DNA of 63,208 nucleotides from NCBI GenBank assembly GCA_002415485.1, contig DHYU01000037.1, forward strand, positions 1 to 63,208, read 5' to 3'. Positions within the stretch are counted from its first letter, which is position 1. Every line of letters starts with the position of its first letter. The stretch comes from Proteobacteria bacterium UBA5122 (GTDB lineage Bacteria; Pseudomonadota; Gammaproteobacteria; Tenderiales; Tenderiaceae). Of this stretch, positions 1 to 10,284 are shown piece by piece. The notes under the pieces are model-generated. The model was not told where the DNA came from, made no database searches, and worked only from the letters and a program-made list of their open reading frames with translations. A program made the translations under genes and the position numbers.

Positions 1-957
1 GTGGCCGGTGATCCAGCCCACGTCTGCGGTACACCAATAAAGATCGTCATTTTTGATATCGAAGACCCATTTCATGGTCAGGACAGCATTGAGCAGGTAA
101 CCGGCGCTGGCGTGCTGGATGCCCTTGGGTTTGCCGGTCGAGCCGGAGGTGTAGAGCAGAAAGAGTGGGTGTTCGGCCTCGACCCATTCCGGTTCGCACT
201 CAGGTGCCTGGTCTTGGATGGCGTCGTGCCACCAGATATCACGGTTGGCGTCAAAGCGGACATTGTGGCCGGTACGTTTGAGCACGATGACCGTTTGAAT
301 GGATGGGCAGCCAGCAGCCAATGCCTTATCGGCGGCCTGTTTCAGTTCGACGATCTTGCCGCCGCGGTTACCGCCATCGGCAGTGATCAACATCTTGGCG
401 CCGGCGTCTTCGATCCTGTCTTTTAGAGATTCGGCCGAGAAGCCACCAAACACCACCGAGTGGATGGCGCCGATCCTGGCACAGGCCTGCATGGCGATCA
501 CCGCCTCGGCGACCATGGGCATGTAGATGACCACACGATCGCCCTTTTGAATGCCTTGTGCCTTGAGTGCATTGGCGAACTGGCAGACTTCGGCGTGCAG
601 TTGACGATAGGTGAGCGTACGTTGATCACCTTTTTCGCCTTCAAAGATGATGGCCGGGTGGTCTCCTCTGGTTTGCAGATGACGGTCGAGACAGTTGTAG
701 GAAACGTTGAGGCGACCGTCCTGGAACCAGCGAAAGTGGGGGGCGGCGCTATCGTCGAGCGTCTCTGAAAACGGGATCTGCCACAACAGCTCTTCGTTGG
801 CGCGTGCGGCCCAAAAACCAAGATAATCCTCCTCAGCTTGCTGGTACAGGGCGGCAAGTTGTGCCCGTGACGAGATTCGGGCCTGCGCCGCAAAATCGGT
901 GGGTGGGTTGAAGCAGCGGTCTTCCTGGAGCACCGAATCGATATTTTCCCCGCTCAT
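1..957 (-). CDS. acs: Acetyl-CoA synthetase (acetate--CoA ligase), 5' part; runs off the window start
   Basis: Missing from the ORF track because it has no stop in the window. Manual translation from the ATG at 957 gives MSGENIDSVLQEDRCFNPP...FWAARANEELLW...APHFRWFQDGRLNVSYNCLDRHL...AIIFEGEKGD, the typical Acs N-terminus. Confidence 0.93.
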   Translation of the reverse strand, partial: MSGENIDSVLQEDRCFNPPTDFAAQARISSRAQLAALYQQAEEDYLGFWAARANEELLWQIPFSETLDDSAAPHFRWFQDGRLNVSYNCLDRHLQTRGDHPAIIFEGEKGDQRTLTYRQLHAEVCQFANALKAQGIQKGDRVVIYMPMVAEAVIAMQACARIGAIHSVVFGGFSAESLKDRIEDAGAKMLITADGGNRGGKIVELKQAADKALAAGCPSIQTVIVLKRTGHNVRFDANRDIWWHDAIQDQAPECEPEWVEAEHPLFLLYTSGSTGKPKGIQHASAGYLLNAVLTMKWVFDIKNDDLYWCTADVGWITGH

Positions 958-1260
958 AATCTCTCCCTACATTCCTTTCATTGTTTTAATTGATGTCAAT
1001 ATCTGATAGCCTCGCCGCCAGAATGCCGGTCGCACTGTTATGGATCAAAAGGCGGTGGCGTGGAACACAAATCGTAACAGATCAATGTATAATGTCTCTA
1101 AATTTTACGGGCTCATGCCGATAAACGGGTAGGTCATAGATTATTGTGGCCTGTGCGTCGTGCCCGTGAAGGAAGTTTAACCACAATATTTCACGCACAT
1201 AGGAAAGTTAGGACCCCGTGAAAACAGGTGGTCCGGGGTCGACATTGGAGATCAGTCAGA

Positions 1261-1545
1261 GTGAGTCGTAGTAACAAGCTTGTGGTGCAGAGTGTCTCGG
1301 AAGACGGGCGTCGTTTCCGTCCCAGTGATTGGATCGAGCGTATTTCGGCCCAACTCGCGACCTTTGGCCCGGACCATCGGCTCCATTATTCAGAATCGGT
1401 GCAACCGCGCATCATTAATGGTGAGAAGTGCCTGGTGATTGATCCTGCGTTGAAGGATGCCAATCCAAGGGCATACGAGTACATCATGGCCTTCGTCGCT
1501 GCCAATCGACTCAAGACCCACCAAGAGGGTGAGAGTGTCGAATAA
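1261..1545 (+). CDS. DUF3579-family small protein
   Basis: GRRFRPSDWIERI and VIDPALKDANPRAYEYIMAFVAANRL resemble DUF3579. GTG start at 1261 follows GGAG; 1228 is an alternative start. Confidence 0.75.
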   Translation: MSRSNKLVVQSVSEDGRRFRPSDWIERISAQLATFGPDHRLHYSESVQPRIINGEKCLVIDPALKDANPRAYEYIMAFVAANRLKTHQEGESVE

Positions 1546-1570
1546 GCCCCGCAGTGTTTACAATAATTAG

Positions 1571-1596
1571 AAAACCGCGCCTGAGCGCGGTTTTTT
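1571..1596. terminator. Bidirectional intrinsic terminator
   Basis: AAAACCGCGC-CTGA-GCGCGGTTTTTT between convergent genes. Confidence 0.85.
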
Positions 1597-1640
1597 ATTG
1601 CTTATAAAATCCTATCGCAAATATGTAGGTGTAAAAACAA

Positions 1641-1668
1641 AAAAGCCGCGAGCAGAGCTGCGGCTTTT
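1641..1668 (-). terminator. Intrinsic terminator downstream of dksA
   Basis: AAAAGCCGC-N10-GCGGCTTTT hairpin with an A-run on the left, about 25 nt past the dksA stop. Confidence 0.75.
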
Positions 1669-1692
1669 GAAGGCTGGGCCTTGGTGTTGAAA

Positions 1693-2295
1693 CTAACCAC
1701 CTTTTTGTTTTTCTTTGATCTCGTCCAAAGTCTTGCAGTCGATGCAGAGGTTTGCGGTTGGGCGTGCCTCCAGGCGACGAATACCGATCTCCACACCGCA
1801 ACTATCGCAGTAACCATAGTCGCCGCTGTCTAGCATTTGGATTGATCCTTCAATCTTTTTGATCAATTTGCGTTCACGATCGCGAGTACGCAGTTCCATG
1901 GTGAAGTCAGATTCTTGAGATGCACGGTCATTGGGGTCAGGGAAGTTGGCCGCCTCATCCTGCATGTGCTGTACGGTGCGATCTACTTCTTCCATCAGTG
2001 CATGTTTCCAGCCGCTGAGGATCAAACGAAAATGTTCGATCTGGGTGTCGTTCATGTATTCTTCGCCAGCTTTAGGCTGATAGGGCTCGAAATTGCCAAA
2101 GCCTTGCAACAGCTTGTCGGCACGATCCTTGGCTTCAGTGGCGTTGAACGTCGTGGTTTGTGGAGCAGCTTTTGCTGGAGTTGTATCAGCTTTTTTTACG
2201 GCCGCCTTCTTTTTGGGGGCAGCTTTCGTTGTTGCGGCTGTTTTCTTGGGGGCCGCTTTTTTCTTGCTTGTCGTCGTGCTCTTAGTTGGGGACAT
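1693..2295 (-). CDS. dksA: RNA polymerase-binding transcription factor DksA with a Lys/Ala-rich N-terminal extension
   Basis: EEYMN...[16 protein letters not shown]...[13 protein letters not shown], plus C4 zinc finger CDSC...CIDC. Confidence 0.97.
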   Translation of the reverse strand: MSPTKSTTTSKKKAAPKKTAATTKAAPKKKAAVKKADTTPAKAAPQTTTFNATEAKDRADKLLQGFGNFEPYQPKAGEEYMNDTQIEHFRLILSGWKHALMEEVDRTVQHMQDEAANFPDPNDRASQESDFTMELRTRDRERKLIKKIEGSIQMLDSGDYGYCDSCGVEIGIRRLEARPTANLCIDCKTLDEIKEKQKGG

Positions 2296-2569
2296 GCCCG
2301 TCTCCTAAAAAGTTCTTCCTGGACCTCTTCTACCCATGAACCACGGTCCCTTACGATTTAACCAGGACGATCAAACCTATTGATATTCAAATAGATTGTG
2401 TAAATGGCTCAAATAAACCAAAAGTTTATACTAGAAAAAACGGCGCTGAGCAACATATAGCTGTTGTTGATTAGAGGCGGTGTGATGGAAGTTGCGTAAG
2501 AATCAGTGTAGTAACGGCCTGGAGCTGGTAGAATGCCAAGCTTTTGGATTTTCAGGAGATTTTGCAAAA

Positions 2570-3343
2570 ATGACCGCACTCAGTGCATTGATTTTTGATG
2601 TAGACGGCACCTTGGCAGATACCGAGCGCGACGGCCACCGTATCGCATTTAATCTGGCGTTCAAAGAGGCTGGGCTGGACTGGGTTTGGAGTCCTGAGCT
2701 GTACGGTGAATTGTTGATCGTGACCGGCGGCAAAGAACGTATCCGCCATTATTTGGCGCAATACAACACCGGCTTTGAGAAGCCTGCAAACTTCGACCAG
2801 TTTGTGGCCGGCTTGCACGCGGCCAAGACCACGTTCTATACCAAACTGATGAGCGAAGGGGCGATCCCACTGCGCCCAGGTGTTGAGCGCTTGTTGCGCG
2901 AGGCGCGTGAGGCCGGGATGCGAATAGCGATTGCGACCACCACCACACCCGAAAACGTCACCGCGTTGTTGACCTATACCCTTGGCGAGGCGTCACTCGG
3001 CTGGTTTGAGGTGATCGGTGCGGGTGATGTTGTGCCGGCCAAGAAGCCAGCGCCGGACATTTATCACTATGTGATGGAGGCGATGAATCTGACACCTGAG
3101 CAGTGTGTTGCGTTTGAGGATTCATTTAACGGTATCCGTTCTGCCGACCAGGCCCGGTTGACTACGATCATCACCACCAATGGTTATACCGCTGAGGATG
3201 ACTTCACCGGCGCAGCGGTAGTGCTGGATCAGATGGGCGAGCCGGATGATGCATTCACCGTGCAAAGCGGTGATGTGTTTGGTCACCGTTATCTGAACCT
3301 GGATATGGTACGTGCCATCCACAAGGCTGCCCATGGCAGATAG
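2570..3343 (+). CDS. cbbY: HAD-IA family phosphatase, CbbY-like
   Basis: LIFDVDGTLADTERDGHRIAFN, VTGGKERI, KKPAPDIY and FEDS motifs typical of CbbY. ATG at 2570 follows AGGAG. Confidence 0.85.
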   Translation: MTALSALIFDVDGTLADTERDGHRIAFNLAFKEAGLDWVWSPELYGELLIVTGGKERIRHYLAQYNTGFEKPANFDQFVAGLHAAKTTFYTKLMSEGAIPLRPGVERLLREAREAGMRIAIATTTTPENVTALLTYTLGEASLGWFEVIGAGDVVPAKKPAPDIYHYVMEAMNLTPEQCVAFEDSFNGIRSADQARLTTIITTNGYTAEDDFTGAAVVLDQMGEPDDAFTVQSGDVFGHRYLNLDMVRAIHKAAHGR

Positions 3344-4502
3344 GCCGCAGCTCGCCCGGCGCATGGAAGGCATTGCGCCTTTCCATGTGATGGCCTTGCT
3401 GGCACGGGCGCGTGAGCTGGAGGCCGCCGGGCGCGACGTCGTGCACATGGAGATCGGTGAGCCCGATTTTCCAACACCAGCGCCGATCGTGAACGCTGGC
3501 ATCCAGGCGCTGCAACAGGGGCATCATCACTATACGCCAGCGCTGGGCTTGCCCGCCTTACGCCAGGCGATCAGTGGTTTTTACCAACAGCGTTATGGGG
3601 TCCGTGTGGTGCCGGAACGCATCATTATTACACCGGGTTCATCGGGCGCGCTGCAATTGCTGATGTCGACCCTGATCGATCCCGGGGCTGAGGTCTTGAT
3701 GGCCGATCCTGGCTATCCGTGTAATCGTAACTTCGTGCGCCTGGTCGAGGGTGTGGCACGTACGATCGCGGTGGATGCCGAGAGTGCCTATCAGCTGAAC
3801 TGTCGTCATTTGCAACAACATTGGTCGGCGCGTAGCCGTGCGGCATTGGTGGCATCGCCCGCCAATCCGACCGGGACACTGATCTCGCAGGCGGAATTAA
3901 AACAGCTGGCCGATTTTGTCGATGAGCGCGATGGCCTTTTGTTTGTAGATGAGATCTATCATGGCCTGACCTATGGCGTTGATGCAGTGACGGCCTTGTC
4001 GGTGAGTGATGATGTGTTCGTGATCAACAGTTTCTCAAAATACTTTGGCATGACAGGTTGGCGCCTGGGCTGGCTGGTTGCACCCAAGGCGTATGTACCG
4101 GCGTTGGAGCGGGTGGCGCAGAATATCTTTCTCGCCGCGCCCACGCCCGCCCAACATGCCGCCTTGGCGGCATTTGAACCGGCGACGCTTGAAATCCTCG
4201 AACAACGTCGGTCAGAGTTTCAACAACGGCGTGATTATCTGTTGCCCGCATTAACCGAGCTCGGTTTTAAGATTAAATCCGAACCGCAAGGTGCGTTTTA
4301 TCTTTATGCCGATTGCAGTGAGTTGACCGACGACAGTTTTGCATTTTGTCATCGCTTGCTGGAAGATGCGGGCGTGGCTGTGACGCCCGGTAAAGACTTT
4401 GGCGATCACCTGCCGGCCCGGCATCTGCGCTTTGCCTACACCACGTCGCAACAGCGTTTGGCAGAAGGAGTGAAACGCATTCGGGCCTTCCTTGGCCGCT
4501 AA
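3333..4502 (+). CDS. PLP-dependent aminotransferase class I/II
   Basis: IGEPDF, SPANPTG, DEIYHGL and NSFSKYFGMTGWRLGW (PLP lysine). Confidence 0.93.
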   Translation: MADRPQLARRMEGIAPFHVMALLARARELEAAGRDVVHMEIGEPDFPTPAPIVNAGIQALQQGHHHYTPALGLPALRQAISGFYQQRYGVRVVPERIIITPGSSGALQLLMSTLIDPGAEVLMADPGYPCNRNFVRLVEGVARTIAVDAESAYQLNCRHLQQHWSARSRAALVASPANPTGTLISQAELKQLADFVDERDGLLFVDEIYHGLTYGVDAVTALSVSDDVFVINSFSKYFGMTGWRLGWLVAPKAYVPALERVAQNIFLAAPTPAQHAALAAFEPATLEILEQRRSEFQQRRDYLLPALTELGFKIKSEPQGAFYLYADCSELTDDSFAFCHRLLEDAGVAVTPGKDFGDHLPARHLRFAYTTSQQRLAEGVKRIRAFLGR

Positions 4503-4508
4503 TTGCGT

Positions 4509-6320
4509 TTAGTATTTGGACTTGTTCTTCTGCTTCTCTTTACGGGCGGCAACAGCGGGGCGTTTGCCTTTGACTTGTTTGTCCTTGGGCTTTTTATGAC
4601 CGCCTTTACGCTCGCCTGATTTGGGGCGCTCTGCCTCGCCGTGGAAACGGCTGATCTGCATCGGTTTGCCTGAGACCCGAACCTTTTTCAGATGCTGGAA
4701 GATCTCTTTCGGCATGCCTTCGGGCAGGTCGATGATGGTGTGATCGTCACGGATGTCGATGCGGCCGATGAACTGGCTATCGATGCCCGCCTCATTGGCG
4801 ATGGCACCGACAATGTTGCTGGGTTTGATGTTGTCGTTGTGGCCGACCTCGAGACGGTAACGCTCCATGCCTTCTTCCGCCTTGCCCTCCATCGGTTTGT
4901 GGCGGGATTCAGGCTTGCTGCCGCGGACCTTGGGTTCTTTGGCCGGGCGGCGCTCATCGTTGAAGGCTGAGGCGCGTGGTTCACGTCTATCCTGCAGCTG
5001 CAGCGGTGTATCGCCCTGAACCAGCTTGGCCAGCGCCGCGGCGATTTCTTCCACCGGCACGTTGTGTTCGTTCCGGTAATCTTCAATCAGTTGACGGAAG
5101 AAGCCGATTTCTTCGTCGCCCAACATGTCGCTGATCTTTTGTTTGAAGCGCTCAATCCGCGCATTGTTGACGGTTTGCACGGAAGGCAGTTCCAACAACT
5201 CCATCTGCTGGCGCGTGGCCTTTTCAATGGTGTTCAACATGCGTTTTTCGCGGGGCGAGATGAACAGAATTGCATCACCACTACGACCGGCGCGACCGGT
5301 GCGGCCGATACGGTGGGTATATGACTCTGTATCGTAGGGCACATCGTAGTTGATGACGTGGGTGATGCGCTCTACGTCCAGGCCGCGGGCAACGACATCA
5401 GTCGCAACCAGGATGTCGAGTTTACCTTTGCGTAGTTGGTCGACCGTCTTTTCGCGCAGTTCCTGCGCCATGTCGCCGGTGAGTGCAGTGGCGGCATGAC
5501 CGCGGGCTTCCAATCTCTCCGCCAGTTCAACCGCAGAGTTTTTGGTGCGAACGAAGATGATCATGCCCTCGTAGGGTTCGACCTCCAGCAGGCGTGTCAG
5601 TGCATCCAGTTTGTTGAGGCCGCTGACGGGCCAGTAGCGTTGGCGGATGGTCTCGGCCGTAGTGGTTTTGACCTTGATCGTGATGTGTTCCGGCTCGTTC
5701 AGATGCTGGTCGGCGATATCGCGAATCATCTTCGGCATGGTGGCCGAGAAGAGGGCGATCTGGCGTGTCGGTGGGAGCTGTTCCAGCACCCAGGTCACAT
5801 CGTCGATAAAGCCCATGCGCAACATCTCGTCGGCCTCGTCCAACACCAAGGCCTTGAGTTTATCCAGCTGCAGCGTGCCACGGCGGATATGATCCATCAC
5901 CCGGCCTGGCGTGCCGACAACGACATGCACACCGCGCTTCAGCTGACGCATCTGGGGTTCATAGCTTTGGCCGCCATAGATAGGGGCAACATGGAAATTC
6001 TTCAGTTTGGAGGCATACTTCTGACAGGCCTCGGCCACTTGAATTGCCAGCTCACGAGTAGGTGCCAAAATCAACAACTGGGGTTGCGTCAGGCTGAGAT
6101 CAATCATCGACAGCAGTGGCAATGCAAAGGCGGCTGTTTTACCGGTCCCGGTCTGCGCCTGGCCGATGACATCCTTACCGGCCAGCAATGGCGGGATGGT
6201 CTGAGCCTGGATTGGCGAAGGGGTTTCATAGCCAATTTCATTCAAGGCTTCCAAAATAGGTGCAGAGAGTCCTAGCTGGGAAAAAGGAATGGCTTGGGGT
6301 AGAGCTGATGTATCCGACAT
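4509..6320 (-). CDS. deaD: DEAD-box RNA helicase DeaD/CsdA
   Basis: Q motif, AQTGTGKT, PTRELA, DEADEM, SAT and HRIGRTGRAG, with a C-terminal DbpA-type RNA-binding domain (IVGAIANE). Confidence 0.93.
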   Translation of the reverse strand: MSDTSALPQAIPFSQLGLSAPILEALNEIGYETPSPIQAQTIPPLLAGKDVIGQAQTGTGKTAAFALPLLSMIDLSLTQPQLLILAPTRELAIQVAEACQKYASKLKNFHVAPIYGGQSYEPQMRQLKRGVHVVVGTPGRVMDHIRRGTLQLDKLKALVLDEADEMLRMGFIDDVTWVLEQLPPTRQIALFSATMPKMIRDIADQHLNEPEHITIKVKTTTAETIRQRYWPVSGLNKLDALTRLLEVEPYEGMIIFVRTKNSAVELAERLEARGHAATALTGDMAQELREKTVDQLRKGKLDILVATDVVARGLDVERITHVINYDVPYDTESYTHRIGRTGRAGRSGDAILFISPREKRMLNTIEKATRQQMELLELPSVQTVNNARIERFKQKISDMLGDEEIGFFRQLIEDYRNEHNVPVEEIAAALAKLVQGDTPLQLQDRREPRASAFNDERRPAKEPKVRGSKPESRHKPMEGKAEEGMERYRLEVGHNDNIKPSNIVGAIANEAGIDSQFIGRIDIRDDHTIIDLPEGMPKEIFQHLKKVRVSGKPMQISRFHGEAERPKSGERKGGHKKPKDKQVKGKRPAVAARKEKQKNKSKY

Positions 6321-6501
6321 TTGGGGGGAACCTGTCTTGAGAGCCTGGAATGAGAGGCGTGGGGGTGATAGTGGAAAGCACAGTATTGTACCATGAATAC
6401 TGGCACTGTATAACGGCATGATTTTATTGTTTTTACTCTGGAGTAAGGCGGTGTAATGGACGTTATTGGATCAAGACAGGTTAGGGCGTGTGGGCATTTG
6501 A

Positions 6502-7812
6502 ATGTGGTTTGAAAGGCTAAGATCCAATGCAGCCTTCATGAGGTATTTTGCAAATACCTCGTGGGCCCTCTATGAGAGGATCATCAAAACCCTGGTGAAC
6601 TTGGTTGTCGGCATTTGGGTCGCGCGATATCTGGGGCCTGAAAACTTTGGTTTGTTGAGCTACGCCCAAAGTTTTGTATTTCTATTTTTGGTGTTTGCAA
6701 CGCTGGGGCTGGACGGGGTGGTTGTCAGAGACCTGGTAAAAGGAACAGCTGACAAAGATGTATTGTTAGGCACCGCTTTTGTATTAAAGCTGATAGGTGC
6801 ATTGTTGATTCTACCGCTGGTGTTTATTGGCCTGATGTTTACCAGTAATGACAGCAACGTCAATATGATGGCGTACATCATCGCCTTCTCGATGATCTTT
6901 CAGTCGTTTCATGTGATTGATTTTTACTACCAAGCCAATGTGAGACTTAAGTACGTCGCCATTGCAAATTTCGTTGTTTTGATTGTTTCCACCATCTTTA
7001 AGATTGCCCTTATTCTGGGTGAAGCGTCGCTAATTTGGTTTGCTGTCGTTAGCGTCATAGATGTGTTGGTGTTAAGTATTGCACTTGTATATTTGTATAT
7101 AGTGAACAGTCGTCAGAAGATACTGCGCTGGCGGTTCGACTGGGCGCTGGCCAAATCTCTGTTGTTTGAATGTTGGCCTTTGATTCTGAGTGGTTGTTTT
7201 TTAATGATTCAGACTCGCATAGATCAGGTCATGCTGAACGAGATGATCGGGGCTGCTGTGGTTGGGCAGTACAGTGTTGCCTTGAGATTGGTGGAGGCCT
7301 TTGTCTTTGTTGCGGGTTTGCTAAAGGTGTCATTATCCCCGGCTGTGTTTAAGGCAAAGGAGGTGTCCGATAGCGAATATTATTTCCGCTTGGAAAATTA
7401 CTATCGACTAAGTTTTGCTTTGTTCTTGTTGATTGCGTTGCCCCTATACTTCATTTCCTCAGATTTGGTGATAGTTCTGTTCGGGGATGCCTATGCGGCT
7501 GCAGGTGGTTTGTTGGCGTTAATGTCAATCAGACTGGTTTTCAGTAATATGGGGCTTGCGCGTGGTGTATTTATCGTGGCAGACGGCTTGTTTAAGTTTT
7601 CGTTGCTGACAATGATGGTAGGAACTATTTGTAATATTATTCTGAACGTTTATTTAATCGAAAAATACCAAGCCGAAGGGGCGATTATTGCCACCATGAT
7701 TTCATTTGTGGTGACAATTTTTGTTATTGATATCTTTTACAGCAAGACTCGTTATAACTGTTTGTTGATGATCAAGGCCATGTTGACGTTTTGGAAGATG
7801 CGTGTTCGTTAA
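6502..7812 (+). CDS. Wzx-type polysaccharide/O-antigen flippase
   Basis: Multi-TM protein with VARYLGPENFG, LGLDGVVVR, RIDQVML and VGQYSVA, typical of Polysacc_synt flippases. Visibly AT-richer than its neighbours. Confidence 0.88.
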   Translation: MWFERLRSNAAFMRYFANTSWALYERIIKTLVNLVVGIWVARYLGPENFGLLSYAQSFVFLFLVFATLGLDGVVVRDLVKGTADKDVLLGTAFVLKLIGALLILPLVFIGLMFTSNDSNVNMMAYIIAFSMIFQSFHVIDFYYQANVRLKYVAIANFVVLIVSTIFKIALILGEASLIWFAVVSVIDVLVLSIALVYLYIVNSRQKILRWRFDWALAKSLLFECWPLILSGCFLMIQTRIDQVMLNEMIGAAVVGQYSVALRLVEAFVFVAGLLKVSLSPAVFKAKEVSDSEYYFRLENYYRLSFALFLLIALPLYFISSDLVIVLFGDAYAAAGGLLALMSIRLVFSNMGLARGVFIVADGLFKFSLLTMMVGTICNIILNVYLIEKYQAEGAIIATMISFVVTIFVIDIFYSKTRYNCLLMIKAMLTFWKMRVR

Positions 7813-7844
7813 ATAGAGCACCTGGTTCACGTCAATATGGTGGT

Positions 7845-8573
7845 TCAGCGAGCCGGATGATGGACGTATCTATCAAGATACAACGCTGTCGCGCCCGCGA
7901 CCGCCAGGGGCATGACGACGAAGTTTACGACCGGGATCATGGTCAAAAACATCACGCTGCCGCCAAAGCTCAAGCTACTGACGCGATGTTGATTAAGAAT
8001 TAGACGTTGTTGTTCAAAGTTATGGCCGTGATTGGCCATGGGGTAGTCGAGATATTCTTTGGATAACAACCAGGCGCAGAAGGCGATCCATAAAAACGGC
8101 GCCAGGATGTTGATAGCGGGGATGAGGAAGAGCAACAGCAGTGGGATGGCGCGACTCAGAAAATAACCGAGTTTCTTTGCCTCGGCCCACAGGCTTTTCG
8201 GCGTTTCCTTGACGACTTGCAGCAGACTGCTGTCGACACTGTTGTTTTGGCCGGTGAGTTCTTTTTCGACTGCTTCGGCGAGCAGCCCATTAAACGGTGC
8301 CGAGATGAAGTTGGCGACCAGGGTGAAGGTGAAGAACATGGTCAGCAACATGGCCACGGCAAAGACTGGCCACAATAACCACTCCAGCCAGGCATATCCC
8401 TCGGGTAGCATTTGCGCCATGTAGGCATCGAAATAGGCGACGCTCAACCAGATCGCGCCACTGAATAAAGTAATATTAATCAGTAGCGGAATCAGCACAA
8501 AACGGCGTAGGCCGGGGCGTCTTATCAGGTCCAGCCCCTTCAATAGATAGATCGGACCGATGAATGGATTCAT
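7845..8573 (-). CDS. cysZ: Sulfate transporter CysZ
   Basis: LRRFVLIPLLIN, ANFISAPFNGLLAEAVE, YLDYPMANH and IPVVNFVVMPLAVAGAT. Confidence 0.93.
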   Translation of the reverse strand: MNPFIGPIYLLKGLDLIRRPGLRRFVLIPLLINITLFSGAIWLSVAYFDAYMAQMLPEGYAWLEWLLWPVFAVAMLLTMFFTFTLVANFISAPFNGLLAEAVEKELTGQNNSVDSSLLQVVKETPKSLWAEAKKLGYFLSRAIPLLLLFLIPAINILAPFLWIAFCAWLLSKEYLDYPMANHGHNFEQQRLILNQHRVSSLSFGGSVMFLTMIPVVNFVVMPLAVAGATALYLDRYVHHPAR

Positions 8574-8574
8574 A

Positions 8575-9879
8575 TTAACTTCCTAATTCTAAAAAGCCGC
8601 GACGTGCGAGTAAGGCGCTGCCGTATGCGGCTTCCTGGTGAATGGGATCGACAAAAGGTACGCCTAAATACAACTGACGAATGCGCGTCCAGGCAGGGTT
8701 GCGGCTACCGCCACCGGCGCTGCGTATGCGGGTCGGGTAGGGGGCGCCTAACTCTGCCAGCAAGGTATACCCCTGGTGTTCGATGCGCGCCATCGCTTCC
8801 AGCAGTCCTTGAAAGAATTGCACATCGTCGTTTGGTCTGGGCTCGAGTCGCGGCTGTAGCGTGGGATCGGCCACCGGGAAGCGTTCGCCTTCACACAGCA
8901 GTGGATAATAATCGAGACCAGTCGGTTGCCCTGGGTTTAGGCTCGGTGTCATCGCGGCCATCTGTTCGCTGCTGAAGAAGTGCTGCAATACCGCGCCACC
9001 ACTGTTGGAACCGCCACCGACCAGCCACTTTTGTCCCGCCGAGGTGTGTAGTGGCTGGGCATAGACCCCGTGTTGTGGCGAAAAGATGGGCCTGTCGCTG
9101 ATGACCTTCATGACCAATGTAGAGCCCAAAGAGGTCACAGCCTCGCCGGTTTGATCGACACCGGTGGCGATAAAGGCAGCAGTGCTGTCGGTGGTGCCGG
9201 CGATGATTCGGGTTGTCTCTGGCAGGCCCAGATCAGCGGCGATACTGGCGCGGATCTGGCCGATATCGGTGCCCGGATGGACGACCGCCGGCAGCAATGA
9301 GCGCTGTACACCCAATTCATCCAACCAGTCTGGCCAGCGATGATCGATGGCGTCAAAACCCAGCTTTAAACTGTTATTGGCATCGCTGATACCAAAATGG
9401 CCGCTGAGCATGCCGACGATCCAGTCGGCCTGATGCAGTGCGTGGCTGGCCTCTGTATGTGGTGTGAGATGCAACAACTTGGCCAGGGTCGAGGTGGCGC
9501 CGTGGGCGGCGGATTCTTTGGGCGCAACGGCGGAGATGCGCAGAGCCTCTTGTTGACTGCGGCCGTCGTTATACATCAAGGCGGGGCCGAGCGGGGTGCC
9601 AGCTGCATTGGTCAACAACAAGGTGCCGGAAGTGCCATCAACGGCCAGGCTGCGGATATCTGCGCGGCGCTCGCCCAAGTCCTGGCAGAGCTGCCACAAG
9701 GTATCGCGCACGGCCTTCCACCAGATATGGGCGCCCTGTTCACAGCGGGGGCCGTGACGATCGGGTGCCTCCATCGCTGATCGGCGCTCGGCCTGGGGCC
9801 GCCCATCACGATTGATGGCGATGGCGCGGCAGCCCGAGGTGCCGAGGTCGACGCCGATAAATAAATCAGCGTCTGCCAT
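8575..9879 (-). CDS. FGGY-family carbohydrate kinase
   Basis: IGVDLGTSGCR, VDGTSGT, GTTDSTAAF, TSLGSTLV, VGGGSNSGG and AGGGSRN. Confidence 0.9.
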   Translation of the reverse strand: MADADLFIGVDLGTSGCRAIAINRDGRPQAERRSAMEAPDRHGPRCEQGAHIWWKAVRDTLWQLCQDLGERRADIRSLAVDGTSGTLLLTNAAGTPLGPALMYNDGRSQQEALRISAVAPKESAAHGATSTLAKLLHLTPHTEASHALHQADWIVGMLSGHFGISDANNSLKLGFDAIDHRWPDWLDELGVQRSLLPAVVHPGTDIGQIRASIAADLGLPETTRIIAGTTDSTAAFIATGVDQTGEAVTSLGSTLVMKVISDRPIFSPQHGVYAQPLHTSAGQKWLVGGGSNSGGAVLQHFFSSEQMAAMTPSLNPGQPTGLDYYPLLCEGERFPVADPTLQPRLEPRPNDDVQFFQGLLEAMARIEHQGYTLLAELGAPYPTRIRSAGGGSRNPAWTRIRQLYLGVPFVDPIHQEAAYGSALLARRGFLELGS

Positions 9880-9882
9880 AGA

Positions 9883-10284
9883 TTAAGGCAAGGTCACCGG
9901 TGTTGGCGGAGTCCACTGTGCGGCTTTGTGTTCAGCGATGACGGTCGTGTAGATGCCGCCGCGGACATTGAATTCACCGGTCAGACGCATGAAGCGTGGC
10001 TGGCAGGCCTTGACCAGGTCACCAAGGATGTCGTTGGTGACCTTTTCGTGGAAGGCGCCTTCCTCACGAAACGACCACATGTACATCTTCAGCGCCTTCA
10101 GTTCGACGCATTTTTGGTCAGGCACATACTCTATGCGGAAAGTGGCAAAGTCAGGCTGGCCTGTCTTCGGGCACAAACAGGTGAATTCAGGTACGGTGAT
10201 GCGTATAGTATAATCCCGCTCCGGCATGGGGTTGTCGAAGGTCTCGAGTTCTTTACTTGGTTGTGTGCTTGGCTGTGTAGACAT
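9883..10284 (-). CDS. queF: preQ0 reductase QueF (type I, unimodular)
   Basis: [27 protein letters not shown] and FNVRGGI. Confidence 0.96.
   Translation of the reverse strand: MSTQPSTQPSKELETFDNPMPERDYTIRITVPEFTCLCPKTGQPDFATFRIEYVPDQKCVELKALKMYMWSFREEGAFHEKVTNDILGDLVKACQPRFMRLTGEFNVRGGIYTTVIAEHKAAQWTPPTPVTLP

Noticed and set aside
1-893. ORF-track entries 1..426, 460..768, 498..893 and similar
   Set aside because: They are shadow or alternative frames of acs on the minus strand. The same applies to the many antisense ORFs over smc, deaD, mfd and the mrp genes.
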